Source of the DNA: Octopus sinensis
Lineage: Eukaryota
DNA: 64,000 bases
NCBI RefSeq assembly: GCF_006345805.1
Contig: NC_043000.1
Span: 7,564,001-7,628,000 of the forward strand
Reading direction: 5' to 3'
The notes under the pieces are model-generated. The model made no database searches. It saw nothing but the letters and a program-made list of their open reading frames with translations, and was not told where the DNA came from. Shown piece after piece: positions 1 through 13,761 of this stretch. The translations under genes were made by a program, and so were the position numbers. Positions within the stretch are counted from its first letter, which is position 1. Each line of letters begins with the position of its first letter.

Positions 1-2015
1 CAGCTGGCCAATTCCAGTTGAACTGTCCAACCCATGCCAGCATAGAGAATGAACATTAGAAGATGATGATGCCGTTCCTGCACCATATCTGGTGCCTTGC
101 TGTACTTAAGAAGACCTGTCTGCCACAATAGACTTGATATCGGTGCTGGTGCATGCAAAAATATGTGATGGATGGAAAAGAAAAAGCTCTGTCTATTTGT
201 AACTTCAGAACGAGGTAGACAGAGGAAGCTAGATCAAGGAGGGAAGTTTTAGAGATAAAATATTAAAGAACAAGGTTAGTCAAAGAATGTCTGTTATGCA
301 TCAATAAAAATCTTTGTCTTTTGCACTTTGTTTTAAGTCCATTCAGTAAGTTAAGCCTATCCCTCTTACAACGATTGTTGTTTTAAGGTGTGGGCACACT
401 GGAAAGTTACTGGAGCTTCATGTGTCTAGGGGCTCAATTCTGTTCTTTGTAGGCTGTGGTTTATCAATAAATACTTAGAGAATCCAGTGCATTGATTTGC
501 CTGGGGGCCTGTAATGCTGCCAAGAGAGCCTTGCTTATAAGTTATAAATATAGAAAGAGTGGAATACATCATCATCATCATTTAACATCCATTTCCTGTG
601 CTGGCATGGGTTGGACAGTTTGACTGCAGCTGGTAAGGCCAGGGGCTCTACTATCTTTTCTGGCATGGTTTCTGTGGCTGGATGCCCTTCCTAATGCCAA
701 CCACTCAATAAAGTGTACTGGGTGCTTTTAACGTGGCACCAGCACGAGTGCTTTATATGTAGCACCAGCACCGATATCAAGTCTATTGTGGCAGACAGGT
801 CTTCTTAAGTACAGCAAGGCACCGGATATCTTGGTCCTTTGTAAGGCTCTGTATCTTGAGATTGGTCTCAAGACACTGTGCCTTACGAAGGAAATGACAA
901 AGGACCAAGATATCTGGCGCAGTTACAAACTGACTGAAAGGTGACGAAACAGTCATTGTACTTTGCAGTGATTTCTGCTGTTTGCAGCAATGAAGTATAC
1001 CTCATCATGATATTTATTTACAGCCAGTTGAGATATTTATGGTAAACATAACACAAGATAGATTCTGCTGGCTTCTCTGGCAATTTGGAAGATACCCTGT
1101 TGATTTAGCCAGCTGAAACTCTAGATATGACATGATATAATGTTAGAGTTAAATCTAAATATATGATAATTGTTTTTTTGACTGGACACAACATGGTGAA
1201 GCAGATGCTGTGTTCGTGATAACTATAATTTTATTTTTGTGTGCAAGACTTAACTGACATGGCTTCCTCATACCTAGTAACGCTAGCCATTAAATAAACA
1301 CAAAACTGTCGGCCATTTTGTATAATTATTTTTTGTTGTTTTTGTTTTGTGCATCTTCTTTATTTGTCAACAGGATGTAATCTATTTTCTACTTGTTCAA
1401 AATACAGTTATTTTTGTTTATTTTTCTTCCTTTATTTGTTGCAACAAATACAAAAATCATATTTTTGACAATGATTTTTATATTTTATTTGAGTACGCTT
1501 GTTGTATTACTGAACAATTTTCTAGTGAAATGTTACCAACTTCCTGTAATGAAACTTTCAGTGACTTAAAATTAAAAAAAAAAACCTTACACACACACAC
1601 ATACACAAAAAAAACAACAACAAAACAACAAAGGTAAAATACAATACAAAAGCAAAACAATTCCTGATTACTTCTTTGAAGTATTAATAACCGTCAAGCA
1701 ACTTTTATGCATGAGCTCTTTATTGAAACAATGTACAGATATCAGGAAATTATCAAATGCTTCTTAAGTTTTAACATTACAGCCAGCAGACAGATATTAT
1801 CTTTCCGATGCTTTACTATAATGGTTTACTTCTAATCACTCAATGAGGGAGCATCCATCAGGTCACTTATTAGAAATACCAGCCAAGTCTTTCTCTTGTT
1901 GTAACTCTACTGTCATGAAAATACATGTATACACAAATATGCATAAATACATACATGTGTAATTATGTGTACATATATTTGTGCATAAATATGCATGCGT
2001 TGTCATATATGTGTG

Positions 2016-2051
<36 letters not shown>

Positions 2052-2060
<9 letters not shown>

Positions 2061-2759
2061 TAAATTAGAGATAAAACCACTATTAGGCAAATCAAACAAT
2101 GAAAAACATAAAATTAATTTAATTTATATTATTTTAAATATATATCAAAAGTATTAAAAGTTTAATAAAAGATAAAGAGTAAAACACTACGATCGTTTCA
2201 TGGCTGTACAATTCGAATAACAATAATTTAAATTCAATTAATAATTCGAGTTATGGTTACAGTCAATCTTCAGGTTAATTGAAATATCTAAAAAATAATC
2301 AGAAATATTTAAACAATATTTTTAAGATATAAATAATATAATAATATAATAATAGAGTTTATTATAAGTAAAATTATTATATTATCTTAAAAATATTGTT
2401 TAAATATTTCTGATTATTTTTTAGATATTTCAATTAACCTGAAGATTGACTGTAACCATAACTCGAATTATTAATTGAATTTAAATTATTGTTATTCGAA
2501 TTGTACAGCCATGAAACGATCGTAGTGTTTTACTCTTTATCTTTTATTAAACTTTTAATAGTTTTGATATATATTTAAAATAATATAAATTAAATTAATT
2601 TTATGTATTGGCTTATGTTTTTCATTGTTTGATTTGCCTAATAGTAGTTTTATCTCTAATTTAATATAATATAATATATTTATACTATAAAATTGGATTT
2701 AATCCTAAATCTGATTTTTCTCTGTAAGTTTGGATTTATTCCCTAATATTTTATTATTA

Positions 2760-2762
<3 letters not shown>
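2052..2762. mobile_element. Fold-back element, probable inverted Penelope-like pseudo-LTR pair (~280-bp arms, ~50-bp spacer, ~90-bp one-sided extension)
   Basis: 2052-2329 is the reverse complement of 2383-2672 with one ~12-bp indel; same sequence family as 51173-52515; (TA)n on both flanks. Confidence 0.8.
2433..2530 (+). ncRNA. Hammerhead-like motif (variant); mirror copy at 2182-2279 on minus strand
   Basis: CTGAAGA (2439-2445) ttgactgta...tacagccat GAAAC gatc GTA|gtg; palindromic ACGATCGT helix III; helix II closing pair is U.U instead of G-C; helix I weak. Confidence 0.55.
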
Positions 2763-2792
<30 letters not shown>

Positions 2793-2795
<3 letters not shown>

Positions 2796-3185
2796 TCATC
2801 ATCATCATCATTTAGCATCTGTTTTCCATGCTAGCATGAGTTGGACGGTTTAACTGGGGTCTGTGAAGCCGGAAGGCTTCATCAGGCCCAGTCAGATTTG
2901 GCAGTGTTTCTACGGCTGGATGCCCTTCCTAACGCCAACCACTCCGTGAGTGTAGTGGGTGCTTTTTACGTGCCGCCTGCACAGGTGCCAGACAGAGCTG
3001 GCAAACGGCCACAAACAGATGGTGTTTTTACGTGCCACCGGCACGGGGGCCAGGCGAGGCGGGCAACGGACACGAACGGATGGTGCTTTTACGTGCTACC
3101 GGCACGGGGCCAGGCGAGGCTGGCAACGGACACGAGCGGATGGTGTTTTTACGTGCTGCCATCACAAGGGCCAGGCGAGGCTGAC
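2793..3185 (-). mobile_element. RTE-type 3'-end retroposon with internal ~58-bp subrepeats (other copies near 1-70, 567-930, 8472-8710, 21283-21507, 26121-26318, 47521-47810, 49101-49470, 54404-54750, 54798-55080, 61167-61480, 61853-62470)
   Basis: Shared catcatcat.gtttaacgtcc...ccatgctagcatgggttggac...ggatgcccttcctaacgccaaccactc block. Confidence 0.85.
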
Positions 3186-3293
3186 GAGTGGATTCTTTTA
3201 TTCTTTTGCTTGTTTCAGTCATTTGACTGTGGCCATGCTGGAGCACCGCCTTTAGTCAAACAAATTGACCCCAGGACTTATTCTTTTGCAAGC

Positions 3294-3328
<35 letters not shown>

Positions 3329-3332
3329 TCAT

Positions 3333-3370
<38 letters not shown>

Positions 3371-3710
3371 CAAGAATGATGTTGACAATAACTTCAAAGT
3401 TTTGGCCAGTTAATCCGTCATTGGACTGCAGAGGAGGCAATCCAATGATGGTTTAGCTGGTTGAAAAATTGAAGTCACTGCCTGGAATGAGAATAATAAA
3501 TTTGTACTCTATAAAAGTATAGAGTAACTCATCAGGCTAATGTAAAATTATTCTTATTATAACTGAAGATAAACACACACACACGTACATATGTGTATAT
3601 ATATATATATATATCTTGTATCAAGTGAACTTTTGCATAGTTTTAGTCTACCAAATTCTACTCATAAAGCATTGGTCAATATGAAGCTCTGCTAGAAAGT
3701 ATTTGCTTAA

Positions 3711-3931
3711 CCCTCTCATTACCATATTTATTTTGAGATGCTCTGTGTTTCTTACAATTACTTTAAATATAACAAAGAATTTAATAAAATAACTTAGTTA
3801 TCATTCAGCTAGTGTTAGGAACATAAATTGTGACTAAGGTTTGCTGGAAGATTTTAATTCAAAACTTATGAAAACAAGATATTTGTATTACAGAGCCAGA
3901 GGCGGTTTTGGCCGGATTGGTATCAAAAGAG
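3711..3931. mobile_element. piggyBac-like MITE, degenerate
   Basis: TTAA on both sides; imperfect TIR ccctctcattacca / tggtatcaaaagag. Confidence 0.55.
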
Positions 3932-4635
3932 TTAAAGTGCAGTAAAATGGATGGAAATGAACCTGAAACAACATCGTTGAGAAGTGTAACTGCAGAACTC
4001 ACTCACCACACAATCAAGCCTGCATCCAGGCATATTCTTGATATACAGAAATAATAAAGACTCTTACATATCACTTAATGGATTACTTTCTAAGCTTGTT
4101 ACTGATCTCATTTCATTGCTAAAACAAATTGGTATATTAGAGTTGCATGTGCTTTGACATGAGGCTAATAATAATCTGCTAGCATTACTGATTGGCTCTG
4201 TGTTAAATCCTGCCAGAAAACACATCCGCTGTAAATGGTTGATGCTTTAATCGAATACTTATCTATAGCCTTGTTAACTTGCTGTAGGCTGCTGTAAATA
4301 AGGTTCACGGACTGTTAAGAGCTCAGCAACTGTCTGCTCTAAACACTACAGAGTAGATTTAAAATTAATCACCTGTCTTTAAAGACAATAAATAAATAAA
4401 TATGCGAATAAAATGAATAATTTAATTTTTTTCTTTTTTTTACTAAAACTAAGGTGCAAGCATGTCTTTATATTTAAGAAGTTTGCTTTGCAACCAAGTG
4501 GTTTCAGGTTCAGTCCCACTGTCTGGCACTTTGGGCAAGTGTCTTCTGCAATAGCACTGGACTGATTAATGCCCTGTGAGTGAATTTAGTTAACAGAAAC
4601 TGTGTGGAAGCCCATCATATATATATATATATATA

Positions 4636-5145
<510 letters not shown>

Positions 5146-8100
5146 ATATATATATATATATTATTCAAAGGAATTCCAACTCTGTCCGTTTTTTATTTTT
5201 TATTTATATTCTTTATAATATTAATGTAGAATATAGAATATATAGTATAAATAATATATATATAGTAAAATGAAATGAAATATTGATTGTCTTATTGAAA
5301 TAGATGAAATATTGAATATCAAATATTAAGGGACTAGTATACTTTCTTGCATTTAAGCAGTCTTCAAGGTCCCAGGTTGCGACAGGAATGTTTCAACTGA
5401 CATACACACATATACATACATACATATAGATATATATATCTGTGCCAGCGATGCATAAAAGGCACCCATGTTTGTGAAATGTAGAATGCACCCAAGCCTA
5501 AACGTACTGGTGCCTGGTGCAGCTCTCTGGCTCACCGGCTCCAGTCAAACCATGTAACCCATGGTATTTCATGAAAAATAGATGCTAAATAATGATGATG
5601 ATGATGATGATAATGTGTGTGTGGTGTGTGCATGCATTTTTCTGTCTGTGCTGTGTTTTTCTCCACCTCACTGCCTGACAACTGACTTTGATTTGTTAAA
5701 TTGCCCCTATTTTGCCCTTAACTTGCAAAAAGGACCAATAGAATAAGTACCAGAGTTTAAAAGAAAGAAGAAATGAGGTTAATTTTTTCAGCTAAACCCC
5801 TGTAGAGCAGCAGTGCCCCAGTATGGCTGCAGTGCAATGACTGGAGCATATAAAAAGATAAGACATAAAACGTGACAAAGTGAAACAAGACTTTGAAAGA
5901 AATCCAAAACAAAAATAACATTGATTTTAAAGTTGTAAGATTAGCTGGACTATTAACCTGATACTTTTGTATTTTTATCTCTTCTGCTTTTTGATCAGCA
6001 TAATCCTAACCATTTTATCTCTGTTTGAAATCCTGAACAACCTTAAATGCTGATCATAATGTTTCAATGCCTCTCATTAACTAATGATACAAAACAGTGT
6101 AAAGTAAAACATGAAAGATGGAGTTAATGATCGAATCAGTGTGTGTTAGACTAGCAATAACTCATCTCATAGCAAGAGAAATGTAGTAATATTAATTTTG
6201 TTGATTGCTTGTTCTCTGTGATCTTTCTTCTTTCAAATTTAATAATATCAACTGTAGAATAAGATTGCAAATATTATTGTAATATCTAATCATAAAATTA
6301 GCCAATTTTCTCTACTTTTGTATGGAGTATGCATGATATTCATTCATAGTATATTCAACGTGTATATGTTCTGTTCAGAAGCCACCAATTGAGTTTGCAA
6401 AATGTATCCTATGATCTTTTTAATTCCTTTTAGTCTTTACATTTTCTCCTTCTCTTGTTTTACTTTCCATTGCTCTGTTTTCTGACCAACCGTCAGCATC
6501 CAAATTCTTTTTATAGTTATAACCCACCAGGTCTTTTGAAATAATCTCCAGCTTAATTTACAGCATCCCAACGCTTGTTTCTCATATCTTCTTTAATGAA
6601 GGCCCTGCCAGATTCGTTAAGAATTCTTTTTTCATAAAAATAATATATGATCTTTATTTATTATTATTATTTTATTAAAGGCAATGTGCTGGCAGAATCA
6701 TTTGCAAGTCAGATAAAATGTTGTGGCATTTCTTTCTGAGTTCGAATTCCTCCAAATTCAACTTTGCCTTTCATCCTTTCTGGCTCAATAAAATAAATAC
6801 CAGTAGGGCAATATAATTGATTTACTCAATCCCTCTAAAATTGCTGGCCTTGTGCCAAAATTAGAAATAATTATTGTATTGAACTGTGGTCTTCAAAATA
6901 TCTCTTTTGTTTCTACTGATTTCAATCTTTGGAGGCACCCAGCATATTCCTCTTGGAACAGTCACAATATCTGACTATGAAGTGCTGCCATGTGCTAACC
7001 AAGATGTTAAGTGTAGTTTGATGTCCAATTCGTTTTTGTAAGCCTGAGTCATAAAGCTTAACTCAAGTGTTGCTGTTCGAAGTGTTCATGGTTACATTTT
7101 GTCTTGTAACTTAGTGGTCAGTCATAAAAATATACACTGGAGTTGGTATGTTTAACTAAATATCCAAAGACAATTCCTCATTATTGCTGTAGTTCAGTAA
7201 TTGTAATGTTGAAAAGAATAAAATAATATTCTGTTGTGTCTGGGGAAAGTCATTTTCTTTTTGTGCCTCATAATTTAACACACTCACCGGCAAATTATAA
7301 GGCACATAAAGAAAATGACTCTCCCCAGACACAACAGAATATGCTTCAACACACAAACTCATATAAAGAATCTTGCAAACCAAATCCAAAAACGAAATAA
7401 AATAATATATGTACAGATGTAGGCTTTGTGGTTTTGTGGTAAGAAGCTGCTTCCCAACCACATGGTTTTGTGTTCAGTCCCACTGTGCAGCACCTTGGGC
7501 AAGTGTTTTCTACTATAGATCTGGGCTGACAATATTATTTTCAGTGGATTACTTAGATAGAAATTGAAAAAAGTCTATTGTATATGTGTGTGTGTATTTG
7601 TGTTTGTCTCTAGTTATATCCAGGGGATATAAACAAACCAGTGTTGGTTTGTTTATATCCCCATAAAAGTTAAGGGTTTTGCAAAAGAGGCCGACAGAAT
7701 AATTACGAGACTTTAGAAAAAGAGAGAAAGAGCATGCAGTACACTAAATTCACTATAAAGTGCAAGAGAAAAACAAATATAAATTATATTTATGTAATAA
7801 AAAAAAAACAAAACAAAAATACCCTTTTTAATCTTACAGAATTAACTCAAAGAAAAGAATGTCAATATTTGTTAAAGTTTGTTTTCCAACTGTCTTTTTG
7901 AATTTTAAAATAAAAAGTTAAAAACAAACTGATGATTGCTAACACTTTTTCTAGCCTTTTTAGATTAACAATAAGCTTTGCTACTTTGAGTGTTGAACAC
8001 ACTATTAAATTATGTTCAATTAATGATATTTGAAAACTGAAAAATAAAAGTGAAATATAGTAAAAATGTTAATTATTTTCAGTATTACCATGCAAACGAC

Positions 8101-8155
8101 TGGTAAATTATTTTTATTTATACCGACTAAGTGAAAAATTAAAATGATGAAGTGG

Positions 8156-8224
<69 letters not shown>

Positions 8225-8844
8225 TTTAACACTGTGAAAGGATGAAAGGCAAAGTTGACCTCAGTGGAATTTGAACTTGGACTGTAATGATGGACAAAAT
8301 GTTGCTAAGCATTTTGTCTGGCATGCTAACAATTCTGCCAGCTTTCCACTCTAACATGAAAAATAATATTAAATTTCAATACAGTAATCGTTTGCCATAT
8401 TGTGGTTTATTATTTAAGCTTACGTCAATTCCTCTGTGGTGGTGTTTTGCATTTATAATAAAATAAATATCTCATCATCATCATCATCATCGTTTAACGT
8501 CCACTTTCCATGCTAGCATGGGTTGGACGATTTGACTGAGGACTGGCGAACCAGATGACTGCACCAGGCTCCACTCTGATCTGGCAGAGTTTCTACAGCT
8601 GGATGCCCTTCCTAACGCCAACCACTTCGAGAGTGTAGTGGGTGCTTTTATGTGCCACAGGCACGGGGCCAGTCAAGCAGTACTGGCAACGGCCTTGCTC
8701 AAATGGTATTTTTTTACAAAAAAAATATACTGTACACTACTATTTCTACTTTGTGGATTTTCACCTATCGCGGGGGTTTTTGGAATGTAACACCTGTGAT
8801 AGTTGAGGGATTACTGTAAACCTTTCTATTTCATTATTAAACTG

Positions 8845-9255
8845 TATGTAATGTGGCAAGCTGGCAGAATCATTAGGGTGCTGGGTAAAATGCTTTGTGG
8901 TGTTTCAAATTCCGCTGAGGTCAACTTTGCCTCTAATCCCTTCAGAGTCGATAAAATAAATACCAGTTATACACTGGGGACAATGTAATTGACTCGCCCC
9001 CTCCCCCACAATTTCAGGCCTTATGCCTATAGTAGAAAGGTGAACTGGCAGAACCGTTAGCATGCTGGACAAAATATTTAGTGATATTTCTTCTGGCTTT
9101 ACATTCTGAGTTCAAATTCAGCTGAGGTTGATTTTGCCTTTCGTCCTTTTGGGGTGGATAAAATAAGTAACATTTGAGCACTGGGGTTGATGTAATCAAG
9201 TGCCCCAACTCTCACCAATATTTCAGGCCTTGTGTCTATTGTAGAAAGGATTATT
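8845..9255 (+). mobile_element. Two tandem Meta-like SINE copies (further copies near 6680-6870 +, 8235-8350 -, 40260-40438 -, 47290-47500 +)
   Basis: gagctggcagaa...ttcaaattc.gctgaggt..actttgcct...gataaaataa.tacca motif repeated. Confidence 0.75.
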
Positions 9256-9566
9256 AAACTGTTTGTTAGTTTTTTTTTTTACTGAGCCACATCATAATTT
9301 TGTACTATTTTGAAAAAGATAAATACAGAAACAAAAAAACCATTAAGAAGAAACACAAGAAATATAAATAATTAACAAAAAAAAAGCAAAAACACAGAGA
9401 AAAAGACAACAAAAACCTCCAACAAAAAACAGCAACAAAACCCCCTGACTGTACTTTTGTTAAAAATATGGTCTCCAGAGGATTATACACCTATAGAAAT
9501 AATTGACTAATTATTTCATTGATGAAACAAATTAAAAATTTTCAAGGGCACTTGGCATGAATAATT

Positions 9567-9610
<44 letters not shown>

Positions 9611-9984
9611 ATGCTTGTGTGTGTTAAAAAAATTGAATATATTAAATGGAAGCAAGCAATTAAAGGTCCCCACCTCTAAATTACAGGTTATTGAGTCAGG
9701 GCACTGATTAAATGGAACTCTTTAATGAAGATTATCTTGACATCTGTGTTACATAATCTACTTAGCACTCTCCTTTATGTATCACTAGATTAAATCATAT
9801 CTTACCAGAAGGCTACATGGTAGGAATGGATTAGGCTATCTTCCTGCTAAAACAACAACACAAATAGTTGCAGTGCCACACAGGTAACCACGTGTGCATG
9901 CACACACACACACACACACACATACACAGAAAATACACACGCATAAAATTTCTCTTTCCCTCTATCCTTCCCTCTCTCTCCCCA

Positions 9985-9985
9985 C

Positions 9986-10018
<33 letters not shown>

Positions 10019-10064
10019 TATATTGGTATATAATAATAATAATAATAATGATAATAATATATAT

Positions 10065-10100
<36 letters not shown>

Positions 10101-10112
10101 ATATATATATAT

Positions 10113-10179
<67 letters not shown>

Positions 10180-10237
10180 ATATATAATAATAATAATATA
10201 TATATAATAAAAATAATAATAATAATATATATATATA
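9985..10237. repeat. Compound (TAA)n/(TA)n microsatellite
   Basis: Directly visible. Confidence 0.95.
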
Positions 10238-10754
10238 TCTATATATATAAAACTGTAGTTGTGTAAGTGTCTGTCTCCTACGATTTAGATTCCTAACTCC
10301 TCCCACATTTTGCGGTGCAGTTTAACCAAATTCGGGTATCTTATAGTCGTGATTCATATTGAGTCCGTCTGGGTATTAGCGCGTGTCTATGATGAGTCTA
10401 CGATTTTAAAAATAATTTAACATAATTTTTTATTCCATTTTAATGTATAACTTTTCGTGTGTCGATGGCGGCGGAGTTGGCGTCCACGCTCAAACACCTG
10501 CACTTGTGTTTGCTTCTCCCCCTTCTTCCCTCCCTTGTGAAGCTGTGGGGAAGGGAGTGTAAGGAAATCAACGTCGTAAAGCATTGTCAAGGAGACCAGC
10601 GTTCTTTTAGAACAACGACTTCATGGCTTGAAGACACCAAAACAGAAATGGCTAAGAAAGCCCGAATTGGCATCTATAAAGGAAGTAGCTCTCTAAAAAT
10701 GCTTATATAGTTATTTCCCTTACAAACCCGAGCAACGCCGGGCGATACTGCTAG
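10238..10754 (+). mobile_element. Non-autonomous Helitron (517 bp)
   Basis: A|TCTATATATATAAAA start; subterminal hairpin CCCG-agcaacgc-CGGG (10727-10742); CTAG|T end. Confidence 0.8.
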
Positions 10755-10780
10755 TATATATATATATTAATAATAATAAT

Positions 10781-10970
10781 ATGACAACAAAAGAATGAAT
10801 GAGACCTCGATATTATGTAAATAGAGGAATTTTTCTGTAAATATAATATGTGAGAATTAGTTGGTTGTCATTATAAAACTCAGAGTTTCAGATACCAGGG
10901 CTGAAAACTGTTATGGCATCTCATCAGTTATTAAGACAAAATTCTATGAAAAAAAACTGTTAATTAAAGG
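10781..10970 (-). mobile_element. Second copy of the same family; hammerhead-like motif at 10875-10931
   Basis: Shares gagacctcgatattatgtaaata...aaaact(c)agagtttcaga with 50086-50170; minus strand reads ataa-CTGATGA-GATGCCA...TGGTATC-T-GAAAC-TCTG-AGTT-ttat. Confidence 0.55.
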
Positions 10971-11829
10971 TAAATTGCTCCAGTAGGCATGGTAAATGTA
11001 ATACTTCATTCATAGAATCCACATATGCACACATATCTACACACACATGCATGTATGCACACACACACATGTATGCATATATGTATATATATCTATATAC
11101 ATACCCACACATGTGTGTACATATACATACAAACACACATATATACTTATATATGTCTATGCATGCACGCACATCACTACGCTCATATATATACCTTTAC
11201 ACACACATCCATAGTAGTTTATACGCACATGCATATACATACATGGAAAACATATATACAAACACTTACACAAAAACGCATGCATCAGTATGTTCATATA
11301 CACATCTCTATACACACATACACATACATACGTGGATATACAAAATGTAGTCTATACGCACATGCACATATATACGTGGATAGAAGTATATACATATAAA
11401 AACACATGCAAATAAGACACATAAACCATAAAACATTCACCTTCACCACAAAACTTGAATATACGAATGAGTTATATATGTATATACACAAATATACCCT
11501 CATGTCTGACAAACACATCTACACTTCAGACATATAAATGTATATACATATATGTGTATATGAAGGAAGGAGATAAGTACAACAGGTAGTCTTGCACTCA
11601 TATATATATACAATCATTCGTACACATGTATATATGCATGCTCATATACATTAGGTATATACTCCATGAGTATAAGTTACACAATTATAAAGGGTGAAAA
11701 ATAAGATACAGAAAATTATATGAAGTAATAAAATATATATAAATGTACAAGAGATGTTAAGACATATGAAAAGCTTGTACGTGGACATAATATAAAAAGC
11801 AGGTTCTCTCTGTGATTGTGGGGTGTCCA

Positions 11830-12815
11830 AAAACGTAGCAAGTGTTTTGCCATATGTGGACATGACCCAAACAGTTCAGTTCATGAATTTAGACATGTAG
11901 TGGGGTCTAAAGAACTTTTCCAGATAAGTCATCTTTCCATATCACAATGACCACACTTTCCACTGCCATTGGTGTAAGGCTTAAACTTGGCCGAGATCTT
12001 CCAGTGAAATCTTATAGTTGACACCTTTTTCTTTTAAGGACCATATATAACTGGATAATTCGGTTGTTTTCCTTTTATCCCAGTATCTGAAGCTTAAGGT
12101 GTGATTGTTGAACCTGGCTTTAAAATTTCCCTCTGTCAGGCTCACATATTTCTTTGATGAAACTATGTCCTTAGTTGCTGTTGAGTCTACGGTGGCTCCA
12201 TTTAGCGGGCACAAATTTTTAACTCTGTAGGAACAGCCGGCTTCATTTAGTTGTTTTTGTTTGTTGTGTTGTTTGTATTTTTAAAGTTAGTAGTAGAACT
12301 AAAACTAATTTTTAAGTTATGCCTATTAAAAAGCTTTCTATAATTATAACTGATTGGAAAATGCCTATCTATAAGGAATGTGAAGTATCTACCTATATTA
12401 AAGGTCACTTTGGGGGAGTAAGGTGGTGTGAACCAGATAATTTTCCTATTCTTATTTTTCCTTTTCTTTGCTACTGGACTAATGACAGGTGTATAGGTTA
12501 TTTCTTTGCTAAAACCACTATCTTTTAAAGCTTTATTATATATTGGGGCAACACTATTAAAAATGTCCTTATCGGAGGAGAGGCTTGAAATTCTCTTGCT
12601 AATGTTTTTAACTAAATTCTTAAATATTATGGGGAGATGGCAGGAACCTACATTAATATAGCTAAATCTATCGTTGGGCTTTCTATAGGGTTTGGAAATA
12701 TTCTTATTTAAATCTAAAGATACATCTAGGAAGTTGACAACTGTCAGGTTGGTATCTATTGTTATGCTAAGATTGAATATTTTTATCATTTGGATAATGT
12801 CCTTCCTAAACCTAT
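11830..12815 (-). pseudogene. Penelope-like element ORF fragment: RT thumb/C-terminus plus GIY-YIG endonuclease, disrupted
   Basis: VVNFLDVSLDL..KPYRKPND...ISKRISSLSS...RKIIWFTPPYS..V..NIGR.F..LIDRHFP, then CSYR...CPLNG, KKYVSLTEGNFKARFNNH, TELSSYIWSLK, PYTNGSGKCGHC...CPH; frameshifts and stops present. The Cys-rich linker suggests a Neptune-type PLE (tentative). Confidence 0.9.
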
Positions 12816-13761
12816 ATATGTATATTATATGGACCCTCCTGTCATCAAACAACTGATGAAGGTCCTGTAATTTGTTGCTGAACAACCACACAGATGCTTT
12901 GTTTATGCTGGTCAAATGCTTGTGTTCACACAAGCTCCCTTGCTTTACCAGATTAACATTGCTTGTACAGGTACATAAGTGTGCTATGCATCAGATGTTG
13001 AAATCTTCACAGAGAAACATTAAACGAAGTGTTTTGCTCAAGAACACAACACACCAACCAATCTGGAAACGGAACCATGATCTTGTGATCATGAATGCAA
13101 TGCTCTAACCACTCATCCATATACAAGTATGTCTGTATAAGTGTATGTATAAGATTTTTGCCAAAGCACGATTGAGAGCTACAGAATTTGATCCTTTAAT
13201 GTAATGGTATATAGCTTTTTTTTTTATATCTAGTATGTAAAAGTAACACCAAAATTTTTAGTAAAATTTTCTCCAAAACATTCAAATGTCATCTTATATT
13301 CTAGAATACATTATGTGTGTGCATCAGCCAACCGTATACCACATCATTCCTCCAAAACAGCCCCCTCTTGTGAATAGCAAAGTGATGAATGAGAATTGGC
13401 AAGCTATAGAAGAAGTGCAGAGAATGTTGAACTAGTCAACTGGTTTAAGATTTTATGCTCTGAGTGTTCTTGCATATTTCCATAGCTTAGTAAATGTCAT
13501 TGAACTCATGAGTGTGGATCTATCGTGCCCATCTAAAAGGATGCACATGTATATGTGGGCATATATGTGTGTGCATGTGTGTAGATATACATATATATAT
13601 ATATATAATATAAAATAAATATAAGAGAGTGGTCACTATATGGCTCACTCTAGCACCAGTTAATCCAAAAGGTTTCAACCACGAAAATACATGTTTCCCA
13701 TGAAAGTCAGTACGATTGTTAGCTCACACGGACAGGGCAAATAAAAAATAACAAAAATACA

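Noticed and set aside
2841-3413. 190-aa ORF
   Set aside because: Antisense read-through of the RTE-type 3' UTR, a SINE tail and (TA)n; recurs wherever the repeat occurs.
9806-9883. Possible small exon ag|AAGGCTAC...CCACACAG|gtaacc
   Set aside because: Plausible splice dinucleotides but no recognisable protein similarity; other candidates near 33877, 38849 and 53006 were rejected for the same reason or for in-frame stops.
10459-10710. 83-aa ORF with a signal-peptide-like start
   Set aside because: Lies inside a non-autonomous Helitron, has no recognisable homology and no splice support.
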